The translations under genes and the position numbers were made by a program. 35,271 nt of DNA, from positions 22,931,064-22,966,334 of the forward strand of contig NC_068988.1 in assembly GCF_001194135.2 (NCBI RefSeq), given 5' to 3'. The DNA is from Octopus bimaculoides. Taxonomy: Eukaryota. The notes under the pieces were generated by a model. The model saw only the letters and a list, made by a program, of their open reading frames with translations. It made no database searches and had not been told where the DNA came from. Each line of letters begins with the position of its first letter. Position 1 is the first letter of the stretch. Positions 1 to 10,384 of the stretch are shown here, piece by piece.

Positions 1-699
1 CAGTGCGGAATGTGAGCACGGAATGCAGTTCGATTGAAGAAAATATAGCTTTTCGTTTGTGGTTGCTGGTTGGTACATGACGGTGCTGGGTTTTTTTTAA
101 CTTATTGTATCTTGTAGTAAATTATTAGCGAAGATGTTAATTGAAAAGTTATAAAAGATTTTGTTAAAACATTTCAAGTCGGGAAGAGCAGGGTTAGTTT
201 TATTTCATTTATTTAGTTGAGGTTAAGAAGGCGTTGAATGTTGCAACATATTGTGTCAGTACTACGGCATTCGGTAGATAACTTAGTGAGGAAATTGGTT
301 AGTGGTTGGAATGACTAGCTTAGTGTATAGCATGAAAGAAACAGAGAAGAACAAAAACAAAACACATGAGAAAATAGTGAAAAAGAAATTGAAGTGTGGA
401 GGTGAGAATGAAAGTAGCTAATTTTTAAAAATATTTTTATCTTTAGAGAAAAAAATTAATGTAATGGAGTATATTACCGTTAATAGTAAATATGAATAAA
501 TGCGGAAGGGTGGGTGGTGTGAGGAGGGTTGTGTGTAAAGATATCTCCTCTGTACAAAAGTATTCATTGCAAAAATTATACCTATTAAGAAAATACACTT
601 TTTAAACAAAAAACCGTGTATAAGTATTGCTACGTACACACATAAACTCATACATACACATATAGGTGCACGCTACGCATACACACATGCACACACAAA

Positions 700-852
700 C
701 ACATACAGACTTATATTATATATGTCTATGCAAGCTTGTATATGTATGTATATATATACATATATACATTTACATTTAATAATAACTATATACATATATG
801 TATATATGTATGTGTTTATATATATATGTATGTATCTGTGTGTATATATATA

Positions 853-890
<38 letters not shown>

Positions 891-1130
891 TGTGCATATA
901 TATATTTTATATATATTTATATATATATATATATCCGCATAGACATATCCTTAAACATTCATATATATGTGTGAGTATATATATGGATGTGTATATATAT
1001 ATATATATATGCATAAGTGTGTGTGCGCATGCGTTCATTTATGTATGTATGAATGTATTTATGTATGCATGTATGTATATGAATACGCACACACATTCAC
1101 TTAAGCACGTATATATGTGTATATGAATGT
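700..1130. repeat. Degenerate (TA)n/(TATG)n microsatellite field
   Basis: Direct reading; it explains the YI/CV-rich ORFs at 673-1126. Confidence 0.95.
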
Positions 1131-1479
1131 ACATATTCGTATATGACATTTAAAAACTAATAAGCAAGCATGAACACACACACACACACAAACACGCGCA
1201 CACACGCACACTCACACACACTTACGACTAGAAGCACATACGCATATGCATACACGCGTATTTAGACACACATATAAAGCTATTTTCTGCAGAATATGAA
1301 AAACCAATATACAAATATTATAGCTATATAAATTCATAAAAAAAACTTCATAAAGTATGTGAAATAATAAATATCTAGAAATATAAATGCGCATGTCTCC
1401 GTATATATATATATATGTATAAATATATAAAAAGATAAAGAGAGCAATGGTAAAGTTGGAAATATATTTTATGGATAGA

Positions 1480-1528
1480 GTCTTACAGCTGTTTCTGGGA
1501 AGATCCAGTACTTCCCTTCATCGGAGAC
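1480..1528 (-). ncRNA. Mirror copy of the hammerhead-like motif in the left arm of the inverted repeat
   Basis: Exact reverse complement of 1730-1778. Confidence 0.6.
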
Positions 1529-1729
1529 AGAAATAGTAAAGGAATCGATTATTATATCCATAGGCGGATAGTTATAGTATGAAGTGAGAGTGAGTGTGAT
1601 GCGCTGAAAAAAGAAAGAGAGAACAGTACTTGGAGTGTAGTTTTATTCCAGTAATAAGTATCCGTGTAAAGTAATCCTTGTGGGAATTTTCCGCCTATGG
1701 ATATAATAATCGATTCCTTTACTATTTCT

Positions 1730-1778
1730 GTCTCCGATGAAGGGAAGTACTGGATCTTCCCAGAAACAGCTGTAAGAC
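1730..1778 (+). ncRNA. Minimal type I hammerhead-ribozyme-like motif
   Basis: Stem I gtct(1730-33)/agac(1775-78); core CCGATGA (1734-40, canonical CUGANGA); stem II gggaag/cttccc (1742-47/1756-61); GAAAC; palindromic stem III loop AGCT; cleavage triplet GTA (1772-74). Atypical features: C at position 4 and an A.A opposition at the base of stem II. Confidence 0.6.
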
Positions 1779-2003
1779 TCTATCCATAAAATATATTTCC
1801 AACTTTACCATTGCTCTCTTTATCTTTTTATATATTTATACATACACACGCTAATACACGACTTATAATCCCCAATCCTGTTCATACAACGACTGGGGCA
1901 AAACTAGTCGGTATACAGCACTTACTCGGTATTACCTGATTCTTTTTGGGTTTGGTTAAATCCAATACCCTCCTCAACCTTATATATATATATATATATA
2001 TAT

Positions 2004-2851
2004 NNNNNNNNNNNNNNNNNNNNNNNNNNNNNNNNNNNNNNNNNNNNNNNNNNNNNNNNNNNNNNNNNNNNNNNNNNNNNNNNNNNNNNNNNNNNNNNNN
2101 NNNNNNNNNNNNNNNNNNNNNNNNNNNNNNNNNNNNNNNNNNNNNNNNNNNNNNNNNNNNNNNNNNNNNNNNNNNNNNNNNNNNNNNNNNNNNNNNNNNN
2201 NNNNNNNNNNNNNNNNNNNNNNNNNNNNNNNNNNNNNNNNNNNNNNNNNNNNNNNNNNNNNNNNNNNNNNNNNNNNNNNNNNNNNNNNNNNNNNNNNNNN
2301 NNNNNNNNNNNNNNNNNNNNNNNNNNNNNNNNNNNNNNNNNNNNNNNNNNNNNNNNNNNNNNNNNNNNNNNNNNNNNNNNNNNNNNNNNNNNNNNNNNNN
2401 NNNNNNNNNNNNNNNNNNNNNNNNNNNNNNNNNNNNNNNNNNNNNNNNNNNNNNNNNNNNNNNNNNNNNNNNNNNNNNNNNNNNNNNNNNNNNNNNNNNN
2501 NNNNNNNNNNNNNNNNNNNNNNNNNNNNNNNNNNNNNNNNNNNNNNNNNNNNNNNNNNNNNNNNNNNNNNNNNNNNNNNNNNNNNNNNNNNNNNNNNNNN
2601 NNNNNNNNNNNNNNNNNNNNNNNNNNNNNNNNNNNNNNNNNNNNNNNNNNNNNNNNNNNNNNNNNNNNNNNNNNNNNNNNNNNNNNNNNNNNNNNNNNNN
2701 NNNNNNNNNNNNNNNNNNNNNNNNNNNNNNNNNNNNNNNNNNNNNNNNNNNNNNNNNNNNNNNNNNNNNNNNNNNNNNNNNNNNNNNNNNNNNNNNNNNN
2801 NNNNNNNNNNNNNNNNNNNNNNNNNNNNNNNNNNNNNNNNNNNNNNNNNNN
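2004..2851. other. Largest assembly gap (others: 6268-6619, 7082-7091, 7440-7525, 8618-8976, 16681-17118, 17992-18358, 25632-25832, 29499-29895, 30410-31030, 32046-32101, 32684-32912, 33943-34139)
   Basis: N runs, mostly flanked by microsatellites. Confidence 0.99.
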
Positions 2852-2865
2852 AGCGAGAGAGAGAG

Positions 2866-2912
<47 letters not shown>

Positions 2913-2927
2913 GAGAGAGAGAGAGAT
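2852..2927. repeat. (GA)n microsatellite at a gap edge
   Basis: Direct reading. Confidence 0.97.
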
Positions 2928-3273
2928 TTGTACGTATCTGTTTAAATGAGTAACTTCCTTATCTGCTTGTTGAGTGATCACCGAATTCAATGCCTACAGT
3001 CCTGATCGTTATTTGTTCCGCCTTTCGCGATTGTTCTTACACTGGGGTAGCAACGTAACAAGCAGATGCTTTGCTGTCCAAACAATCACCATTTTTACCG
3101 CAATGGATAAATCTAAGAACGAAGAAATCGCTGCATTGCCGCCATTATTGTGTCGCAGACTCAGTTGTTTTTACTTCGGTCGTAGCCGCCAAACGTCGAC
3201 GCCACGAGATTGAATGTCATTATTGTGGTTAAATGTATTTGTAAAATGAAGTTTCTTGCAGAATGAAGTTTAT

Positions 3274-3490
3274 CTTTTACTTGTTTTAGCCCCTAGATAG
3301 CGGCCATGCAGGAGCAGTGCCCTTGAAGAATTTTAATCGAATGAATCGTCCCCAGTATTTTTTCTTATTTAAGCCTTGAACTTATTCTATCGGTTTCTTT
3401 CGCCGAGTCGCTATGTTAGAGCGACATAAATACACCAACATCGGTTGTCAAGTACTGGTGCGCTACAAACAGAAACACAAAGTCACACAT
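3274..3490 (-). mobile_element. SINE A, decayed 3' half
   Basis: cttttacttgttttagc...gcggccatgcaggagcagtgcc...ttattctatcggtttctttcgccgag...ggttgtcaag matches the reverse complement of the tail of the copy at 14852-15267. Confidence 0.75.
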
Positions 3491-3731
3491 ACATAGATAT
3501 ATTTATACATATACATATCTGTATATATATGACAGGGTTTTTTTCATATAAAACAAAGTTTACGAAACAGCTGTAGGTAGGAATATTTGCTTCAGATAGA
3601 TCTAATTCTGTAAAATATATATTTACTACCCTCGAAGTATTTATGGTTGGAATATTGGTTGACTCGCTAGTACTTGATATTTTCTCTTCCAAGCAATTTT
3701 GTCTGTGTGTATGTATACATCCTCCCATAAA

Positions 3732-4129
3732 TGTGGCTCTGTGGTAAGATGCTCGCTTCCCAAACACATGGTTCCAGGTTCAGTTCCACTGCGTGGCACC
3801 TCGGGCAACTGTTTTCTACTATAGCCTAGGGCCGACCAAAGCCTTGTGGGTGGATTTGGTAGAGGGAAACTAAAAGAAGCCCGTCGTATATGTATCTATA
3901 TCTATATGTGTGTGTGTGTTTGTGCATGTGTTTATGTTTGTCCCCCCACCATCACTTGACGACCGATGTTGATGTGTTTATGTTCCCGTAACTTATCGGT
4001 TCGGCAAAGGAAATCGATAGAATAAATACTAGGCTTCCAAAGAATAAGTTCTGGGATCGATTTGTTCGACTAAAGACGTTGCTCCAGCATGGCCGCAGTT
4101 AAATGACTGAAACAATTAAGAGGATAAAA

Positions 4130-4131
<2 letters not shown>
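3732..4131 (+). mobile_element. SINE A (tRNA-derived), near full length
   Basis: A-box-like tggctctgtggtaag, B-box-like ggttcagttcc, body aagcccgtcg, internal (TG)n, tail ctgaaacaattaagaggataaaag. Colinear with 14852-15267. Confidence 0.92.

Positions 4132-4189
<58 letters not shown>
4132..4189. repeat. (TA)n microsatellite at the SINE A 3' end
   Basis: Direct reading. Confidence 0.97.
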
Positions 4190-4195
<6 letters not shown>

Positions 4196-4639
4196 ATATA
4201 TATTTCAGATATATATATATGAAATAAACCTAATTTTTGTACCCTTAGAAATTCATATTTAACTTATTTATAACAGTACCGGTATCTTTACAACTGATAA
4301 TAAACTGCTTTGATTATAATCTAATTAATATATAGTTAGCATGCTCTTTCGCCTCATTACTCCTTTATTAAATACCAGTAACTGCCAACGATCAATCTTC
4401 ATAGATACCATCTAATAAGTTAATATTTAAATATTTAATATGAATAAATACTAAACTATTTCTATGTAATTTCTTTCCTCCCTCTATTGTGGTAAATTTG
4501 GTACATACTCCAAAGTATTCAAAAATTTTATGCTTTTTTGTTTTAATATTCTTCTTAATAATCTTCTTGATAACCCTAATTTTTAACTTTATACAATATA
4601 GCAATATTGTTTCGATATATAGCAATATTGTTTCGATCT

Positions 4640-5400
4640 TACTAGAGTTTTGCCCCTTTAACTGATAACTAACATTTTGATTTAAGATCTTCCTTTACCA
4701 AATCTCATTATATTGCTTCAAATTAATCTTGATAGTTTTATGACGATACCCACAATGATTTCTGTCGACTCCTTCATCCCCTTTCCTAACAGACACTGCT
4801 CCTTGTGCTTTGGCCTCAGATTTTGATATACAAAGATCGGATATTGAGTGAATTTCACCATTCACAACATGTTATGTTCTGTTCTCCAGGAAATACTCAA
4901 TCTTCGGATTCCAAAAGTTCACAATTTTGACACTTGGATATTGTGGTCGACTCTTTCGAACGCTTAACTGAAGTCAAGATAAACGATATCAGAGTTCGAA
5001 TCTGATTCCAGGGCTTTAGGAACATCATCGATGTGGTGTAGGAGCTGTATTAGACAGTCCCTGCCGTAGCGAAAGCCATGCTTGTTTGAATTTAGGAAAT
5101 TGTAGCTCTCCAGGAAGCCAGTTACCCTTGATTTCACCACCCTTTCAAACACTTTAATATGGGAGGTGATTGGGATTGAACGATAGTTAATTGCGAGGGA
5201 TCTATTTGCATGTTTGAAAACTATAATTGTCTGTGCTGGGGACGGGAGAGGGTTGGTCCTAATTATGTCATAATTAAAAGGAAGCTCCTTAGGGGCTTAT
5301 ATAAACGGGAGCAAACGGTGTAAACGTTGCTTGGCTGAGAGGGCAAGTATCCTAAAAGAAAGAAACGCGTTCGACCTGCAGACCGATTTAGGCTCCAGGA
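4640..5400 (-). mobile_element. Decayed CR1/L2-like non-LTR retrotransposon ORF2 (reverse transcriptase) fragment
   Basis: Minus-strand translation: IIVFKHANRSLAINYRSIPITSHIKVFERVVKSRVTGFLESYNFLNSNKHGFRYGRDCLIQLLHHIDDV...VYLDFS*AFERVDHNI. These are degenerate NYRPISLTS, QHGFR and YLDFSKAFDKVDH motifs with an in-frame stop. Confidence 0.85.
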
Positions 5401-7228
5401 AAGAAGTATTCAATCAATGCCCGTTTCCTACTTCTAACTTGAAATACCCTAATCGAATATCACCATGGCCGGAGCCAATGTGTGATAACCCACTCCCGGC
5501 AACCAAGTCCCGCCCACAGCACGGACAATATTTTTTTTTGCTTACAAAACCAACTGGCCGTTATGTATTTCTTCATCCAGTTCTAGAGAGGTTATGTGCC
5601 TTCAGCCAGTTGAGTCTACCGCCAAACGCTTTATAGGTGCGAAACCAATGGTCATAACATTTAAATTCCTAAAAAATACATTACTGCTCTAATGACTTAG
5701 AATGTGCGTCTTTTTCGGATATATGAACAATTGACGATATTGTGTGTATGTGTATCAGTATACACACAGATATAAACACACACATATAACTGTATATAAA
5801 CATATCTATGAATATATAGATACGTACATATATTACACGCATAAACGCATAAATATAAAGATATTTGCTTGAATTTGTCTATGAGTAGATGTATATTTGT
5901 ACGCGAATATATATATATATACATACATACATACTCACAGTCTCGCTCACACACACAACTAGGCATACATTTGTATGAAATTGATCGTAATTAGATACTA
6001 GAAGACGCAACTATATGCACATAAATAGTGTATGTATATGTATATATGTATGCATATATGTATACGTATATCTGTGAGTCTGCGTATTTCTGTGTATGTA
6101 TGTGTTCGTCTATACGGATATGTATGAATGTATAATATATTTCTAAATAGAACTACTGTTTAATTGCATATACGAGTATACGAATGCCTCCGTATGTATG
6201 CGTGTTTACACACACACACACACACGTAGACACACACCCCCAGCTCTCTCATATATATATATATATANNNNNNNNNNNNNNNNNNNNNNNNNNNNNNNNN
6301 NNNNNNNNNNNNNNNNNNNNNNNNNNNNNNNNNNNNNNNNNNNNNNNNNNNNNNNNNNNNNNNNNNNNNNNNNNNNNNNNNNNNNNNNNNNNNNNNNNNN
6401 NNNNNNNNNNNNNNNNNNNNNNNNNNNNNNNNNNNNNNNNNNNNNNNNNNNNNNNNNNNNNNNNNNNNNNNNNNNNNNNNNNNNNNNNNNNNNNNNNNNN
6501 NNNNNNNNNNNNNNNNNNNNNNNNNNNNNNNNNNNNNNNNNNNNNNNNNNNNNNNNNNNNNNNNNNNNNNNNNNNNNNNNNNNNNNNNNNNNNNNNNNNN
6601 NNNNNNNNNNNNNNNNNNNCTGATTAAGCGTGTTACCAGTATCTCATGATTATTTTATTTGAAGTTAATATTTTTGTTCAGTTAACTTTCGTTTGAGGTA
6701 CATTTGTCTTTAGCTTTTGTTTTGCTATCTTTATTTTGCAAACGTTTAAACAGATCCTCTCTGCTTTATATACACAAGTTATCTTATGTTGAGGGTGGTG
6801 ATCGAAATTCGTAGATATACAGCTATAATTTGTAAGTAATGATAGTACAGTTGTTGGCAGCTTCTAACTATAAACTGGTGAGCAATGTATCTTGCTCAGA
6901 ATTTCATCAAATCTTCTGTTCTATTTTTACGCTTTTAATTGTTGAAGTCGTTGTACTGCGATCAAGCTAAGGCACGGCTTTGGAAGGGTTTGATCGATCA
7001 GATCGATCTAGCACTTGTAAAAAAAAATATTGCTCTTAATCCGGCTTTTTTTTTTTTCTTTTTGTCTTTTTACTGAACCGCNNNNNNNNNNTTTTTTTCT
7101 TTTTGTCTTTTTACTGAACCGCTAAAACTGGTGGAAATGAAGTAAAAGGTAACACGCATTGTCGATGTGAGACACAAACGCAAACACGAACACGCACGTA
7201 CTCACACTTACATACGCATACGCATATC

Positions 7229-7953
7229 CTCTTTTACTTGTTTCAGTCATTTGACTGTGGCCATGCTGGAGCACCGCCTCTAGTCGAGCAAATCGACCTT
7301 AGCACTTATTCTTTGTAAGTCTAGTACTTTATTCTATCGGTTTGTTTTGCCGAACCGCTCAGTCACGGAGACGTAAACACACCAACATCTGTTGTCAAGC
7401 GATAGTGTTGGGACTAACACACACACACACACACACACANNNNNNNNNNNNNNNNNNNNNNNNNNNNNNNNNNNNNNNNNNNNNNNNNNNNNNNNNNNNN
7501 NNNNNNNNNNNNNNNNNNNNNNNNNTATATATATATATATATATATTATATATTACGACCAGATCTTTTGAGTTTCCGTCGACCAAATCCACTCACAAAG
7601 CTATGGTCCGCCTGAGGCTATGGCAGAAGGCACTTGCCCAAAGTGCCACACAGTCGGACTGAACCCAGAACCATGTTGCTGGGAAGCAAGCTTCTTATTC
7701 CTTTATTGCCCACAAGGGGCTAAACATCGAGGGGACAAACAAGGACAGACAAAGGGATTAAGTCGATTACATCGACAGCAGTGCGTAACTGGTACTTAAT
7801 TTATCGACCCCGGAAGGATGAACGGCAAATTCGACCTCGGCGGGATTTGAACTCAGAACGTAACAACAGACGAAATACTGCTAAATATTTCGCCCGGCGT
7901 GCTAACGTTTCTGCCAGCTCGCAAGCTTCTTACCACACAGCCACGACTGCGCC
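7229..7953 (-). mobile_element. SINE A, full length, interrupted by a gap (7440-7525) and by a nested SINE B
   Basis: Tail cttttacttgtttcagtcatttgactgtggccatgctggagc at 7231; body at 7555-7697; the head resumes after the insert as taccacacagccacgactgcgcc (7931-7953). Confidence 0.92.
7698..7920 (-). mobile_element. SINE B with tail 2, nested in the SINE A head with a 12-bp TSD
   Basis: Head gagctggcagaaacgttagcacgccgggcg, B-box gagttcaaatccc, tail ...ttagccccttgtgggcaataaaggaa. TSD gcaagcttctta at 7686-7697 and 7921-7932. Confidence 0.93.
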
Positions 7954-9517
7954 TATACAGGTGTACGAATTTTTTTTTTCAGTCTTGTACTTTTAATTTG
8001 ATCATTTATATTTTAAATGTTTTTTTTCTTTCTTTTTTTATGTAAAATTACTTAGCAAAATAAAAATACCAGTCCGAATAACTGCTTTCTAACAAGGTAC
8101 CTAAGCTTTAACCCAGATATATTTGAAAACGGAGATGCGATATATATATTTTTTTTCTCGCATCTAAGCTCTTCCTTGCGAAATGATTATATCCAAGGTA
8201 AAACAACAGATATTGACAGCCATTAATTAATTAATTATATTAAACATAGAAACGAATAGCAACTGGATTGATTGCCAGGTAGTAAACAGCGACAATAACA
8301 AGATAGAAAAGTTACATCTGAAGGGCAGTCTTAGGTTATCGCTGACCGACAAAAGCAAGATTCCATTTATTGTAGCTGTGACCATTTCGTCTTTATATCA
8401 GTTGTATCATTGTGTACCTACGACTATATTAAAGAATGTTTCTTTTCAAGGTGGAGTAAATATAGATTCTTCTATGTTGACTCGACATAGAGCAGTCACA
8501 GTGGAAGCTGTTTCTTTGGCATGGCCCTAGCTGTGATAGCAGAAGCAAAATCTTTAGAACATATAGACACACACACATACTCATACACATGCAATGCATA
8601 TATATACATCCATACTGNNNNNNNNNNNNNNNNNNNNNNNNNNNNNNNNNNNNNNNNNNNNNNNNNNNNNNNNNNNNNNNNNNNNNNNNNNNNNNNNNNN
8701 NNNNNNNNNNNNNNNNNNNNNNNNNNNNNNNNNNNNNNNNNNNNNNNNNNNNNNNNNNNNNNNNNNNNNNNNNNNNNNNNNNNNNNNNNNNNNNNNNNNN
8801 NNNNNNNNNNNNNNNNNNNNNNNNNNNNNNNNNNNNNNNNNNNNNNNNNNNNNNNNNNNNNNNNNNNNNNNNNNNNNNNNNNNNNNNNNNNNNNNNNNNN
8901 NNNNNNNNNNNNNNNNNNNNNNNNNNNNNNNNNNNNNNNNNNNNNNNNNNNNNNNNNNNNNNNNNNNNNNNNNNNNGTATAAGTATACTTGTACGCGTTT
9001 AATAACACATAACTACGTTGAAGTTCACAAATATGTATATAAGCAATGTTTTAAACTCTATATTCTTTGAAGCAGCAGGAAATTGATTGATCAAAAGGAA
9101 TGAATTTCCGTAATAGACAATAGAACAACATTAAAAATCTATGGCAGCGCTAGCTATTAACAAAAGAAATCGAACGTTTCTGAACATTTTATAGATTCCT
9201 GGCGATAAATCACCAAACTGTTGAATGTAGAATATGATGATAAATGAGGTGAAATGTTGAGAAACTTTCAAATATGTTCATACTTATAGCATAAATTTAT
9301 AATGTTTCGTTGAAATAATCATAGAGAATTTTTTAACGGCGAATATTAATTAGATGTAGAATTTGTAAAATATTTTGATAAAGCTTAAAGTAGCTGAAGT
9401 ATATTATTAATTTCGAACTTAGGTAAAGGATGAGAACGGTTTTTCCTTAATTTTCTTCCTATTTTATTTGTAGGTATTCTTTGAGAGGATCCATTCGATG
9501 TAAAAGCAGTAGTGTAT

Positions 9518-9577
9518 GACTGCGGCGAATTTTGAATTCATTCAATCCGTTAAGGGACGTAACTAAATACCGAGCAT
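9518..9577 (-). mobile_element. Highly decayed SINE B-like head fragment
   Basis: gactgcggcgaattttgaattca...aaataccgagcat resembles gacctcggcggaatttgaactcag...aaataccgctaagcat. Confidence 0.4.
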
Positions 9578-9696
9578 CAATCAATACCACTATTGCTACT
9601 AACACTACTATGACAGCAGCTGGTGCTGCTGCTGCTGCTACAAATAATACTAATAATAATGCTGCCGCAAATAATAATAATAGTAATAAATATCCA

Positions 9697-9901
9697 TTCT
9701 ACTAAAGGCACAAGACCTGAAATTTTGGGGGAGGGGGTAGGTCGACCACATCGACCCCGGTACTTGACTGGTACTCAATTTATCGACCCCGACGGGATGA
9801 AGGACAGGACGAACTCGGGGATATTTGAACTCAGAATGTAGCGATGGATGAAATACCGTTAAGTATTTTTCCAGGCGAGCTAATGACTCTACCAACTCGC
9901 C
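9697..9901 (-). mobile_element. SINE B with tail 1, between (AAT)n tracts
   Basis: ttctactaaaggcacaagacctgaaattttgggggaggggg...tttgaactcagaatg...accaactcgcc; AAT repeats on both sides. Confidence 0.9.
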
Positions 9902-9964
<63 letters not shown>

Positions 9965-9978
9965 TGATGATGATGATA
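9902..9978. repeat. (AAT)n grading into (GAT)n
   Basis: Direct reading. Confidence 0.97.
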
Positions 9979-9984
9979 ATACCA

Positions 9985-10335
9985 GGCAGTACTCTCATCG
10001 ATTCTGATCTTAAATTGATGGGAAGTGTTATCACTTCTGAAAATACGGGTGTTTTGTTAATCAACCTTAAACAACCTTTATTTTGGGACATTTTGAGCGG
10101 GATGGGCTACTCGACCTGAACAAAATTCTAACTGGGCCCAACCTGCAAGGTTATGCGCTGTTTATCTTGATATGAGATCACCATGTCATGCACATATGGT
10201 TGTGATGCATGTGCCTGGTTTACTCTTTATCAGACGGGTAGTCATGATGGGCATGTTAGGGTTTGTATATTTATACTCCAGTGTCACTTCGACGGTATGT
10301 ACCGTTTATTCGCTCAGTAATAAAGTACAATAATA
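9985..10335 (+). mobile_element. Possible 3' end (last codons plus 3' UTR) of a non-LTR retrotransposon ending in AAT repeats
   Basis: Non-microsatellite block that starts in an AAT tract and ends ...cgctcagtaataaagtacaataataat. From memory it resembles a common octopus interspersed repeat; there is no second copy in the window. Confidence 0.4.
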
Positions 10336-10384
10336 ATGTTATCATTTCCTTAAAGAGAAGGAATTATATACCTAACTCATGCAG

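Larger units (their letters stand above)
1414..1844. repeat. Perfect 155-bp inverted repeat (1414-1568 and 1690-1844) with a 121-bp spacer
   Basis: Base-by-base check: tatgtataaatatataaaaagataaag...ccataggcgga is the exact reverse complement of tccgcctatgg...ctttatctttttatatatttatacata. Paired coordinates sum to 3258. Confidence 0.97.
1414..1980 (+). mobile_element. Probable Penelope-like element terminus (pseudo-LTR with an inverted partial copy)
   Basis: The hammerhead-like motif plus an adjacent inverted partial terminal repeat match the known architecture of Penelope-like elements. The unit is embedded between (TA)n tracts. No ORF is seen and a gap follows at 2004. Confidence 0.5.

Noticed and set aside
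7051-7122. 31-bp direct repeat flanking a 10-N gap
   Set aside because: Identical sequence on both sides of a minimal gap is a contig-overlap artefact.
6955-7190. Very decayed SINE A-like tail
   Set aside because: Similarity is patchy and the segment is confounded by the gap-edge duplication; boundaries cannot be supported.
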